Source: Candidatus Fermentithermobacillaceae bacterium (lineage in GTDB: Bacteria > Bacillota > Sulfobacillia > Fermentithermobacillales > Fermentithermobacillaceae). From it: a stretch of 64,000 nt of DNA. Both the position numbers and the translations under genes were made by a program. Location of the stretch: NCBI GenBank assembly GCA_012841375.1, contig DUUV01000121.1:30186-94185 (forward strand). The letters are read 5' to 3'. The notes under the pieces are model-generated. The model was given only the letters and a program-made list of their open reading frames with translations. It did no database searches and was not told the DNA's origin. Each line of letters begins with the position of its first letter. Positions within the stretch are counted from its first letter, which is position 1. Below are positions 27,496 through 35,931 of the stretch, one piece after another.

Positions 27496-29555
27496 CTGGG
27501 AGCATGGGGCGGTCACTGGATGAACCCGTCAGGTACCTGAAGGGCGTCGGCCCCAAGAAGGCCTTGCTTCTTCGCGAGCTCGGAGTAGAAACCGTGCGGG
27601 ACCTCTTGGACCACTTTCCATTCCGCATCGACGACTTCTCCCGTGTGGTGCCGATGGGTGCTGTTACGGCAGGCGTTCCGGTGACGGTGCAGGGCAAGGT
27701 CATCTCGGCCCAGTTCATAGGGAGTAGCCGCGGTAGGGCCTTTCGAGTGGGCATAGCCGACGGTACGGGCATCCTCTATCTCGTCTGGTACAACATGCCC
27801 TATATCCACAAGAGGTTCGCCCCCGGCATGCCGGTATCGGCTTCGGGGAAAGTGGAGTGGAGGAGAGGAGCCTTCGAGATGGCCCACCCCCTCTGGCGTC
27901 AGAGTAGTTCCGGTGACGCCAAGGGACCTGTCATTCCGGTGTATCACGCGACTCAAGGACTCACGTCCCAAAGCATTCACTCGATAATCAAAGATGCCCT
28001 AAAAGTATATTCCCCCTACCTAGAGCCCTTGGTGCCTCAGACGATCTTGGACAAGCATGGCTGTTTGAGCGAACGAGAGGCCTACCAAGGCATTCACGAC
28101 CCAAAGTCCTGCGAAGTATGGGAAAAATCGCGCCGGACCTTGGCCTTTCGCGAGACACTCAGCCTTCAGATAGGGCTCCTCTCGATGAAAGCCGAAGCGC
28201 TGAAGTCTCCGGGCCCGCGGCCGTTCGAAACGTTTCGCGAGGCCGATGCCTTCTTGGCCGGTCTCCCGTTCAGGCTGACATCCGCCCAGAGGAGAGCCAT
28301 TGAGGATATCGGGCGTGACCTTAGGTCGGGGCACACCATGAACAGGCTGCTTCAGGGTGACGTGGGGAGCGGCAAAACCGTAGTGGCCATGTGGGGACTT
28401 ATCTCGGCTGTGGAAAACGGCTGGCAGGGAGCCCTCATGGCTCCGACGGAGATCCTTGCCACGCAGCACCTCAACACTTTCAGGCAACTTGTGGGAGATA
28501 GGGTGCGGACGGGCTTTCTCTCGGGCGCCGTTCGGAAGAGCGACAGGGAATCGACTCTCACGAAGCTCTCCTCCGGCGAAATCGACGTTCTGATCGGGAC
28601 CCATGCCCTCTTGAGCCCGGAGATAAGGTGGCGCAAGCTGGGGTTCGTCGTAACTGACGAGCAGCACCGTTTTGGCGTTAAGCAAAGGTTGACTCTGTCC
28701 CATAGCGACGAAGTCCTCCCACATATGCTTGTGATGAGCGCGACGCCCATTCCACGCTCACTGGCGCTCACGCTGTACGGCGACCTTGATGTGTCTGTCA
28801 TGGATTCCATGCCCGAAGGAAGAGTGGCAGTCACCACCAGGTGCGTCACCCGGAGACAGCGCCAGAACGCCTACCGGGTTGTAAGGGATGAAGTGGCAAG
28901 AGGCAGGCAGGCCTTCATCGTGTGCCCGCTCATCACGGAAGGGAAAACTGACAGACGAGCGGCTTCGATGGTGAAGGAAGAACTTGAGAAAGGTTACCTG
29001 AAGGGCCTCTCTATCGGGCTCCTTCACGGGAGTCTCAGCAAAAATGAGATTAACGAAACGATGACAAAATTCGCCAATGGTGAGATCCAAGTCCTTGTGG
29101 CCACCACCGTTGTGGAAGTAGGGATCGACGTACCGAACGCCACGGCGATGGTGATTGAAGATGCCGACTCCTTTGGATTGGCTACGCTGCACCAGCTGAG
29201 AGGCCGGGTAGGACGCGGGCGGCATCCTTCCGTATGCTTCCTTGTAGCCTCAAGCGAGTCAAGTCTTTCCCGACTCAGGGGATTGGAGAAGACAACTGAC
29301 GGGTTCGAAGTGGCGGAAATGGACCTCAGGGAAAGAGGACCCGGACAGTTCTTTGGCACAGCACAGCACGGAATGCCCGACATCAAGTTGGCCGAACTGG
29401 GGCTCTCGCTTGACGTAGTGGCCAGGGCAAGGCAAGAGGCCAAAGAGATGCTGGAAGCGGTGGAGCGAGGCTCAGCGTCTCCCGAGGTCTTTACTGTGGT
29501 GGAGCGCGTAAGAGAGAAGTTTGGAGACCTCCTCAAGCACGGCCGGTCACGCTGA
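27492..29555 (+). CDS. recG: ATP-dependent DNA helicase RecG
   Basis: Wedge domain, Walker A GDVGSGKT, DEQHRFG, TATPIPRS, arginine-finger QLRGRVGRG motifs; 687 aa. Confidence 0.95.
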   Translation: MTGSMGRSLDEPVRYLKGVGPKKALLLRELGVETVRDLLDHFPFRIDDFSRVVPMGAVTAGVPVTVQGKVISAQFIGSSRGRAFRVGIADGTGILYLVWYNMPYIHKRFAPGMPVSASGKVEWRRGAFEMAHPLWRQSSSGDAKGPVIPVYHATQGLTSQSIHSIIKDALKVYSPYLEPLVPQTILDKHGCLSEREAYQGIHDPKSCEVWEKSRRTLAFRETLSLQIGLLSMKAEALKSPGPRPFETFREADAFLAGLPFRLTSAQRRAIEDIGRDLRSGHTMNRLLQGDVGSGKTVVAMWGLISAVENGWQGALMAPTEILATQHLNTFRQLVGDRVRTGFLSGAVRKSDRESTLTKLSSGEIDVLIGTHALLSPEIRWRKLGFVVTDEQHRFGVKQRLTLSHSDEVLPHMLVMSATPIPRSLALTLYGDLDVSVMDSMPEGRVAVTTRCVTRRQRQNAYRVVRDEVARGRQAFIVCPLITEGKTDRRAASMVKEELEKGYLKGLSIGLLHGSLSKNEINETMTKFANGEIQVLVATTVVEVGIDVPNATAMVIEDADSFGLATLHQLRGRVGRGRHPSVCFLVASSESSLSRLRGLEKTTDGFEVAEMDLRERGPGQFFGTAQHGMPDIKLAELGLSLDVVARARQEAKEMLEAVERGSASPEVFTVVERVREKFGDLLKHGRSR

Positions 29556-29652
29556 GCCAGTTGCGGGGATACCAATCGCAGCCCTGATGTCGCCATCGTC
29601 AAGTTCGAACAATCGATTGTCAAACTTAACATAAAAAGCCCACAACATCCCA

Positions 29653-29681
29653 GCATGAAGCCTTCTGAAGTGAACATAATA
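29653..29681 (+). promoter_or_regulatory. Forespore sigmaG/sigmaF-type promoter candidate (-35 GCATG, 17-nt spacer, -10 CATAATA)
   Basis: GCATG 29653-29657 and CATAATA 29675-29681, 22 nt upstream of the SASP start with GGAGGTG RBS; matches the GhATr / CAtnnTA consensus of ssp gene promoters. Confidence 0.45.
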
Positions 29682-29703
29682 AGTTCGACAGGAGGTGACA
29701 TGA

Positions 29704-29961
29704 ATGGGAACCGGGCAGAAACGTAACATCGCAGTAGTGCCTCAGGCTCGCGCGGCTCTTGACGCCTTTAGGAACGAGATAGCCAACGAGCTGGGCATCC
29801 AGCCTCCGGGCGGCTACTGGGGCGACATCCCGTCGCGTACCTGTGGCGCCGTCGGCGGACACATGGTCAGGCGGATGATCGAACTTGCGGAGCAGAGCCT
29901 GAGCAGCGGTAGATTCCCCGCAGCGGGATCTGCCAACCAACAGCAGCAGAGGCAGTTCTAG
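29704..29961 (+). CDS. ssp: Alpha/beta-type small acid-soluble spore protein (SASP)
   Basis: NIAVVPQARAALDAFRNEIANELGI...TCGAVGGHMVRRMIELAEQSL is the conserved alpha/beta SASP DNA-binding core including the GPR cleavage region. Confidence 0.9.
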   Translation: MGTGQKRNIAVVPQARAALDAFRNEIANELGIQPPGGYWGDIPSRTCGAVGGHMVRRMIELAEQSLSSGRFPAAGSANQQQQRQF

Positions 29962-30021
29962 CCGGTAGAGCAATCGCGGTAGCTCCAAGAGTCAGCGATG
30001 ACACTCAAGCAGTTCAATGAG

Positions 30022-30045
30022 GAGGGGCAGAGGAATCTGCCCCTC
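30022..30045. terminator. Hairpin GAGGGGCAG-AGGAAT-CTGCCCCTC between convergent ssp and gpr
   Basis: 9-bp perfect GC-rich stem, 6-nt loop; no clear U-tract, so terminator function is tentative. Confidence 0.35.
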
Positions 30046-30076
30046 TCAAGATCTCAGTGGATCTCAGTGCCGGACT

Positions 30077-31015
30077 TTACTGTAGGTAGTCCAGCATTTC
30101 TTCTTCGCTGATGGCAGGTTGGGTGGCTTTGTTCAGCGCGCCTGCCAACAGCTTTGACATTTCCATGATCTCGACGTCGATGTCCTTGGTCGTGACCATG
30201 AGTTCTCTGACTTCCTGTCCCAGAAAGTCTGAAATGGAGTCGAGAGTCGCCCGGGCATGGGGGTTAAACCTCTGGAAGTATTCATCGAGCACTTGGGAGG
30301 CAATTGCTGCCCCGGAAACCACCGTCGGGACGCCCATAGCGATCACCGGTATCCCAAGGGTCTCCTGGTTTATGCCCGGCCTCTTGTTTCCGACACCAGA
30401 ACCTGGTTGGATGCCGGTGTCGGCGATCTGGACGGTCGTGAGAAGTCTCGAGGGCGCTCTCGCCGCCAAGGCGTCTACCGTGATGACCAGTTCGGGCCTC
30501 ACCTGCTCCACGATGCCCCTAACAATGTCAATGGTCTCCATACCCGTGATCCCCAGGACCCCCGGAGAGATGGCTGCCACGGGGTTTAGCCTGCCGCCCA
30601 GCTCTTGTGGGAGGTGTTCCCTGATGTGCCTGGTGATCATGAGCTGAGAGACAACCCGCGGCCCCAGGGCATCGGGAGTGGCCTGCCAGTTGCCCAAGCC
30701 GACTATGAGGACGTCATTAGCCCTGGGGAGCCCTGCCAGCCCGGCTAATTCAGATGCGATTATCCCCGCGACTTCCTTTAGAGTCACCCGGCTGCGGTAC
30801 CGGAGTGCCGGGCACTCAAGCGTGAAGTATCTTCCCGGCGGTTTGCCGATCTGGGCTGCGGCCTGAGGGGTCATTACTTCGACCCGCGTGATCTTGATGC
30901 CGTCCATTTCCTCCTCGCGCACGTTCATCCCGGGGATCTCACGCCCCGCCCGGGTCGTGGCAGTGGTGGCGCGCTCCAGCGCCAGGTCGGTCCTTTCGTT
31001 GTGGCTTAGGAACAA
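30077..31015 (-). CDS. gpr: Germination protease GPR (spore endopeptidase, peptidase A25)
   Basis: RTDLALE N-terminal motif, LIVGLGNWQATPDALGP, ISPGVLGITGMETIDI, SDTGIQPGSGVGNKR, GIPVIAMGVPTVV collinear with B. subtilis Gpr; TTG start. Confidence 0.9.
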   Translation of the reverse strand: MFLSHNERTDLALERATTATTRAGREIPGMNVREEEMDGIKITRVEVMTPQAAAQIGKPPGRYFTLECPALRYRSRVTLKEVAGIIASELAGLAGLPRANDVLIVGLGNWQATPDALGPRVVSQLMITRHIREHLPQELGGRLNPVAAISPGVLGITGMETIDIVRGIVEQVRPELVITVDALAARAPSRLLTTVQIADTGIQPGSGVGNKRPGINQETLGIPVIAMGVPTVVSGAAIASQVLDEYFQRFNPHARATLDSISDFLGQEVRELMVTTKDIDVEIMEMSKLLAGALNKATQPAISEEEMLDYLQ

Positions 31016-31119
31016 AATGTGTCCCCCCGAAGTTAGCGATTGGGAGTTCGTTCGACATCCCAGTGCTATACTACCCAGAGAACACCAGAGGATATGACGT
31101 AATCTCCGGAGGGACGCCC

Positions 31120-31563
31120 GTGAAGACTGTCGCGCTTCTCATAGCCGCCCTGTCAGGGGCTTCAATGGCGGTTCAGGGCGCCTTCAACGCCGTCTTGGGA
31201 AAGAAGGCCGGCTCGTTTGAGGCGTCGTTCATCGTGCACCTCATAGGGACTCTCCTGCTCGGAGGGCTCCTTGCCTTGGGACTGGGACAGGGAGGGTTGC
31301 GCAAGGCGGCTCTTGCGCCCTGGTGGAGTTTTCTTGGCGGGCCTCTCAGTGTATTGATCATATGGGGGGTCCTCAAGAGTGTTGGCGAAGTAGGCGTGTC
31401 CAACGCCAACACGGCCATTGTGGCGGCCCAAATAGTGACAGCGATTTTGCTTGACTGCATAGGAGTGACGGGCGAAAAGGTCAGCATCAGTTGGATGAAG
31501 GGGGTGGGCGCCATCCTGTTCATCTCGGGAGTGTATCTCCTCCTGAGGGACGGATCGTCATAA
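31120..31563 (+). CDS. DMT-superfamily small membrane protein (DUF606/YdcZ-like)
   Basis: Four to five TM helices; GTG 31120 with CCGGAGGG RBS; ORF-track start 31063 lacks an RBS. Confidence 0.55.
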   Translation: MKTVALLIAALSGASMAVQGAFNAVLGKKAGSFEASFIVHLIGTLLLGGLLALGLGQGGLRKAALAPWWSFLGGPLSVLIIWGVLKSVGEVGVSNANTAIVAAQIVTAILLDCIGVTGEKVSISWMKGVGAILFISGVYLLLRDGSS

Positions 31564-31569
31564 GTATTG

Positions 31570-31589
31570 GGTCTCTGTGCTCAGAGACC
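31570..31589 (+). terminator. Hairpin GGTCTCTG-TGCT-CAGAGACC downstream of DUF606 gene
   Basis: Perfect 8-bp stem and 4-nt loop 7 nt after the stop; weak T tract (TTCAGG). Confidence 0.4.
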
Positions 31590-31814
31590 TTCAGGCTAAA
31601 GAAGGTTTTCCAGGATTGCTCGTAGAAGCCGATTTCCTTGGCAGAAAAAAACGCCGCTTCTTTTGGAAGCGGCATTGGGAGAGGAGAAACCGGAGGAAGA
31701 GCCTGCTTCGGTCGATCTCACGATCGAGCCTCGACTCTCGGAAGTAAGTATGAACCCGTGTCGTCTCCTTTATTCAGGAGGCACGAAGATTTTCCGGCGA
31801 AGGAAGGATTTCCG

Positions 31815-32309
31815 TTGAAGGTTGTTTACCCGGGTAGTTTCGATCCGCTGACAAACGGGCACCTCGACATCATCAGGCGCGCCGCCAGGTCGTTTGACCA
31901 CGTTTTTGTCGTAGTATTCGACAATGCCGCGAAAAACGCCCTTTTCAGCGTCGAAGAACGCGTGGCCATGATAAATGAGTCTGTCGGGGATGTATCCAAT
32001 GTGACCGTCGATTCGTCTTCGGGCCTTCTGGTGAACTATGCCAAGAAGTGTGGCGCAGGAGGGATTGTCAAAGGCTTGAGGGCCGTTTCTGATTTCGATT
32101 ACGAGTTCAAGATGGCTCTCATGAACAAGAAACTCGTGCCCGAGATTGAGACGGTGTTCATGATGACCTCCCTCAAGTATCTGTACCTTAGTTCCAGTCT
32201 GGTGAAAGAAGTTGCCTCATATGGCGGGTGCATCAGGGATTTGGTGCCTCCGGCCGTTGAGGCTCGATTGTTCGATAAGCTCAAGAAGAAGCCGCAAGGC
32301 GATATCTAG
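31815..32309 (+). CDS. coaD: Phosphopantetheine adenylyltransferase
   Basis: VYPGSFDPLTNGHLDII motif; TTG start 31815 with AGGAAGGA RBS; 59-aa N-terminal extension in ORF track rejected. Confidence 0.9.
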   Translation: MKVVYPGSFDPLTNGHLDIIRRAARSFDHVFVVVFDNAAKNALFSVEERVAMINESVGDVSNVTVDSSSGLLVNYAKKCGAGGIVKGLRAVSDFDYEFKMALMNKKLVPEIETVFMMTSLKYLYLSSSLVKEVASYGGCIRDLVPPAVEARLFDKLKKKPQGDI

Positions 32310-32318
32310 CAAGGCGAG

Positions 32319-32903
32319 GTGCTAACCGTGGACGTTCTGGCTCTACTAGACAAACTGGACGCCTATCTGTCGGAATGCTCGAGGGTTCCCCTCATGGGGA
32401 AGCTCCTTGTAGACGAGGAGGAGGTATTCGCCATCATCGACGACCTCCGCGCTCAACTCCCCCAGGAGTTGGAACAGGCCAAGTGGCTTCTCAAGGAGCG
32501 GGAAAGGATTCTCCAGGAGGCCAGGAAAGAATCTGAGGAAATAGTAAAGGACGCCCAAGGGCAGATAGCGACTCTGGCCAGCGAATCAGTTATCGCCAAA
32601 GAAGCCAGGGTCCAGGCTGAGGAATTGATGGCCCGGGCAAAGGAAGTCGCCAAGGAGATAAACCTGGGGGCCAGGGAATATGCGGACGAGCTCATGAAGG
32701 CCGTGGAAGACGCCATTACCGAAACACTCGAGAGAGTCCGCCAGGGCCGGCGCGAGCTTGCCGTTGACCGGGAACCGGCATCGAGACCGGCGGACCCCTT
32801 TGATGATGAGGGGCCTTTCGACGAAGATGCGGACGACTCGTTCTTTATCGAGGCCGAAGACGACGAGGAACCCTCCCGCGAGGTGAAGCGCAGGAGGAAG
32901 TAG
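32319..32903 (+). CDS. Hypothetical coiled-coil protein with poly-acidic C-terminal tail
   Basis: GTG start; heptad-rich central region (ATP-synthase b/E-like coiled coil) and DPFDDEGPFDEDADDSFFIEAEDDEE tail; no family assigned. Confidence 0.4.
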   Translation: MLTVDVLALLDKLDAYLSECSRVPLMGKLLVDEEEVFAIIDDLRAQLPQELEQAKWLLKERERILQEARKESEEIVKDAQGQIATLASESVIAKEARVQAEELMARAKEVAKEINLGAREYADELMKAVEDAITETLERVRQGRRELAVDREPASRPADPFDDEGPFDEDADDSFFIEAEDDEEPSREVKRRRK

Positions 32904-32939
32904 GCTCCTTGAGACCGGGGCACAATCCGTCTCTCGTGA

Positions 32940-34214
32940 TCATGCCTTTTTTCGTCTGACAGTCTCATAGAGGGCCAAGCCGATGAGTGACACCACTGCC
33001 ACCGCCAAGACCGAGACCACACACGATTTGGCGGCAAGCCCCATGTTCTCAAGCCACACCAGCGAACCTTCGGCTGTATAGGGTTCGAAAGTGGGGAGTG
33101 ACCAGCGCACGGCGCCGGGCTTCATGATGAGGACCGTCAAAATCGCAGCCATGATGCCCTGGAAGAACCGGGCGAAGGCGTAGGGAAGGACGGAGAGCCC
33201 CGAGGGCTGTGTGACGGCTGCGACTTGAGCCAGGACGCTGAGCCCGCTCCAGGCGATGATGGCGCTGCAGGCGGCCACTCTTGCCACCAGAGGAGCTGCG
33301 GCCTGACTGGCCATGGACGTGCCGATGGTTATCTCAAAGAACCCGCTCACCAGGGGCTCGTGGAGCGCCTTTGGGATAAGAGAGTCGGGAATGACCCTGG
33401 TAATCGCCTGAGATATGACTTCTGTGGCGCCCGCGATGCGGAGGAGCTCGAAGATAACCGAGAAAAGGACCATAAACCCCAAGACGGCCATTAGCGTGTT
33501 GACCGACCGGTTGACGGCTTCTCCCATAAGCTTTCCAAAAGGCTGCGGTTTTTCTCTCTGGGCGTCTCTCATCGCGCGGTATGCTCTGAGGAGTATAAAG
33601 GAGCCGTCAGACTGAAGTAGAGGGCTGGGCTTCTCTCTCATCTTCCAGAACCGCATTGCGAGACCGACCAAGACCGCCGAGATATAGTGGGCGGTCACGA
33701 TAGCCGCGGCGACGTCGGCTCTCCTAAACATCCCGACAGCTACCGCTCCGGTCATGAAGAGGGGATCCGATGTATTGCAGAAGCACATGAGACGCTCGGC
33801 TTCCGTCTTTGTGGCAAGGCCTGTGTCCTTCAAGCGGGCCGAAAGGGCGGCACCCAACGGATAGCCCGAAGCTATCCCCATGGCCATGGTAAAGGACCCG
33901 GAGCCGGGCACATTGAAGACGGGCCTCATGATGGGTTGGCAGAGGACTGCCATGAAATGGACAACACCCATGCCCATGAGCAGTTCGGCAGCGATAAAGA
34001 AGGGGAGGAGCGCCGGCAGCACCACTTCCCACCATACCCCGAGTCCCCGTTCGGCCGCCTTAAATGAGGGCTCTGGGTAGAGGACCATAGATGTGGCGAT
34101 GAGTATTACTATGAGGGCGAGGCTCAAGGTGAAGAGCGTGTCTCTCCTGACCCTGCGGATGACGACGACCCCACCCAGAGCTGCCACCGCGAGAACCAGT
34201 GCGGTCACATTCAT
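32940..34214 (-). CDS. ylbJ: Sporulation integral membrane protein YlbJ (nucleoside-recognition Gate-domain family)
   Basis: 424-aa polytopic membrane protein with two Gate-like halves, divergent from coaD as in the B. subtilis ylbI-ylbJ arrangement. Confidence 0.8.
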   Translation of the reverse strand: MNVTALVLAVAALGGVVVIRRVRRDTLFTLSLALIVILIATSMVLYPEPSFKAAERGLGVWWEVVLPALLPFFIAAELLMGMGVVHFMAVLCQPIMRPVFNVPGSGSFTMAMGIASGYPLGAALSARLKDTGLATKTEAERLMCFCNTSDPLFMTGAVAVGMFRRADVAAAIVTAHYISAVLVGLAMRFWKMREKPSPLLQSDGSFILLRAYRAMRDAQREKPQPFGKLMGEAVNRSVNTLMAVLGFMVLFSVIFELLRIAGATEVISQAITRVIPDSLIPKALHEPLVSGFFEITIGTSMASQAAAPLVARVAACSAIIAWSGLSVLAQVAAVTQPSGLSVLPYAFARFFQGIMAAILTVLIMKPGAVRWSLPTFEPYTAEGSLVWLENMGLAAKSCVVSVLAVAVVSLIGLALYETVRRKKA

Positions 34215-34394
34215 GATTAAGCCCCCTTCGTCCGCTCTAATCTATATGCCGGAGAAGAGGGAATACGACCGGGTGAAACTTGTCCGGTGGGGGCGCAGAT
34301 CGATGGGGGAGACGGGCCGATGACGGGCCGGCTCCTTGACACCGCTTTTTTCGCCTGAGTATAATCCCTATTGTGCCTTGGATGGAGGGCCGAG

Positions 34395-34937
34395 ATGAAG
34401 ATTGACGTAACTGAAATCCTGAAGACTCCCGGTGCTGGAATGCCGTTCGAGGTGGAAGGGGAAATCGCGGGCGACGGTGTAGCCGATGAGTTGCAGGTCG
34501 CAGGCGGCTTCGCCGTCCGCGGAGTTGCCACTTCAATTGGCGACGGAGTATATGTTGATGCCCACGCCGAGGGCACGGTGAAACTCACCTGCTCTAGGTG
34601 TCTCGGTTCTTTCGCCAAGAAGATGGGTTTGGATTGCGAAGCGAAGTTTATGGAAAACCCTGAGGACCGGTCTCGGGAAGACCGGGACGAGATCGAGGTC
34701 TTCTCGCTGGAAAACGGCGTCTGTGACCTCAGTGAAATGGTGAGACATGAGATAGTACTGAATCTTCCTATGAAGCCGCTTTGCTCTCCCCGCTGCAAGG
34801 GACTCTGCCCCGTGTGCGGAGCCAACCTTAACGAGGGCGGTTGCGACTGTGAAAAGCCCGACCCTGGAGAGACGGTGTTCGGCAGGAAGCTTCTGGAGGC
34901 TCTTAACGAAAGGGGAAAGAAACATGGCCGTTCCTAA
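34395..34937 (+). CDS. ylbN: DUF177/YceD family protein (YlbN; 23S rRNA accumulation protein)
   Basis: C-terminal CxxC...CPVCGANLNEGGCDC zinc-ribbon-like motif and position immediately upstream of, and overlapping, rpmF. Confidence 0.85.
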   Translation: MKIDVTEILKTPGAGMPFEVEGEIAGDGVADELQVAGGFAVRGVATSIGDGVYVDAHAEGTVKLTCSRCLGSFAKKMGLDCEAKFMENPEDRSREDRDEIEVFSLENGVCDLSEMVRHEIVLNLPMKPLCSPRCKGLCPVCGANLNEGGCDCEKPDPGETVFGRKLLEALNERGKKHGRS

Positions 34938-35106
34938 GAAACGAAAGTCGGCTTCCCGCCGGGATATGCGCAAGGCCAACTGGAAGCTTGAAGCGCCAAC
35001 CATGGTTGAATGCCCGCATTGCCACGCCCTCCGTCTGCCTCACAGGGTGTGCCCCGACTGCGGTTGGTACCGCGGAAAGCAGGTCGTAAAGGTCGAGGAG
35101 AAATAG
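34924..35106 (+). CDS. rpmF: 50S ribosomal protein L32
   Basis: MAVPKKRKSASRRDMRKAN...CPHCHA...CPDCGWYRGK; overlaps ylbN end by 14 nt. Confidence 0.9.
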   Translation: MAVPKKRKSASRRDMRKANWKLEAPTMVECPHCHALRLPHRVCPDCGWYRGKQVVKVEEK

Positions 35107-35198
35107 CTTAACGTTTTCCGGACCGGCCTCCCCGGGAGATCCCTTATACGCGGGTGGAAGGCGTCCTGATGAGGCGAATTGTTCCATAGGCATGTAGA

Positions 35199-35226
35199 GG
35201 TCCCGGAGCAAATACCGGGGCCTTTT
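35199..35226 (+). terminator. Intrinsic terminator after rpmF (8-bp stem with one G-U pair, 8-nt loop, TTTT)
   Basis: GGTCCCGG-AGCAAATA-CCGGGGCC followed by TTTTGCCGTTT. Confidence 0.55.
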
Positions 35227-35276
35227 GCCGTTTGCGATAGCCCCCAACCACGTACATGTCCACTTAAATATCTCTG

Positions 35277-35305
35277 TTGTCAAGGGTGGACAAACATAGT
35301 ATACT
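35277..35305 (+). promoter_or_regulatory. SigmaA-type promoter of the fap operon (-35 TTGTCA, 17-nt spacer, -10 TATACT)
   Basis: TTGTCA 35277-35282, TATACT 35300-35305, about 60 nt upstream of fapR start. Confidence 0.55.
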
Positions 35306-35310
35306 TGCCA

Positions 35311-35335
35311 CTAATATCAAGGTATTAGTACCAGG
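35311..35335 (+). promoter_or_regulatory. Putative FapR operator (CTAATATCAAGGTATTAGTACCAGG)
   Basis: Contains TTAGTACCAGG, matching the conserved half of the B. subtilis FapR box, overlapped by an imperfect palindrome CTAATA-N6-TATTAG; positioned at or just downstream of the predicted +1. Confidence 0.5.
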
Positions 35336-35363
35336 CCACAATTTTCTTGGGAGATGAAGCTCC

Positions 35364-35915
35364 ATGCCTGCAAGCCCGAAGGACCGCAGAGAGCGTCTTC
35401 GTGCCGTCCTGGGCTCCAATCCGTTCCTCTCCGACGGTAGACTGGCCCGCCATTTCGGTGTGAGCGTCCAGACGATCAGGCTTGATCGAATGGCGCTGGG
35501 GATCCCGGACCAGAGAACCCGCACCAAGGAAGTGGCGGAGAGGGCCTACGGACGAGTGAAGTCCATGGGTCAGGGCGAGATAGTCGGAGAACTCATCGAT
35601 CTGGAACTCGGCAAATCGGCCATATCAGTCCTGGAGGTGACTCCGGAGATGGCGTTTCAGCGTACCGGCGTCACCAGAGGGCACTACATCTTCGCCCAGG
35701 CCGACTCCCTGGCAATAGCCGTGATCGACGCCAAGAACGTAGTGACCGGCATCGCCAACCTGAAGTTCAAGAGACGGGCTCGTGTGGGCGAAAAGCTGGT
35801 TGCCAAGGCGACGGTGATCAGGGAGAAGGGCAACAAGTCGGTAGTACTGGTTGAGACCCGTTCGGACGGCGAAGAAGTGTTCCGCGGCAAGTTCCTAGTG
35901 TTCGCTCTCGCATAG
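35364..35915 (+). CDS. fapR: Fatty acid and phospholipid biosynthesis regulator FapR
   Basis: N-terminal DeoR-type HTH plus C-terminal hot-dog domain (GHYIFAQADSLAIAV...) collinear with B. subtilis FapR. Confidence 0.9.
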   Translation: MPASPKDRRERLRAVLGSNPFLSDGRLARHFGVSVQTIRLDRMALGIPDQRTRTKEVAERAYGRVKSMGQGEIVGELIDLELGKSAISVLEVTPEMAFQRTGVTRGHYIFAQADSLAIAVIDAKNVVTGIANLKFKRRARVGEKLVAKATVIREKGNKSVVLVETRSDGEEVFRGKFLVFALA

Positions 35916-35931
35916 CAGGAGGGAATGGCTG

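Noticed and set aside
31016-31119. SigmaF/G promoter upstream of gpr
   Set aside because: A GTATA -35-like element is present on the minus strand but no matching -10 (CATnnTA or GGnnAnAnTA) lies at the right spacing.
31638-31814. 59-aa N-terminal extension of coaD in the ORF track
   Set aside because: Its translation has no similarity to CoaD, and it contains the intergenic hairpins. The TTG at 31815 has a good RBS and yields the canonical VYPGSFDP start.
34849-34923. Extended L32 ORF starting inside ylbN
   Set aside because: L32 is about 59 aa and starts MAVPKKR; the upstream portion is ylbN coding sequence in another frame.
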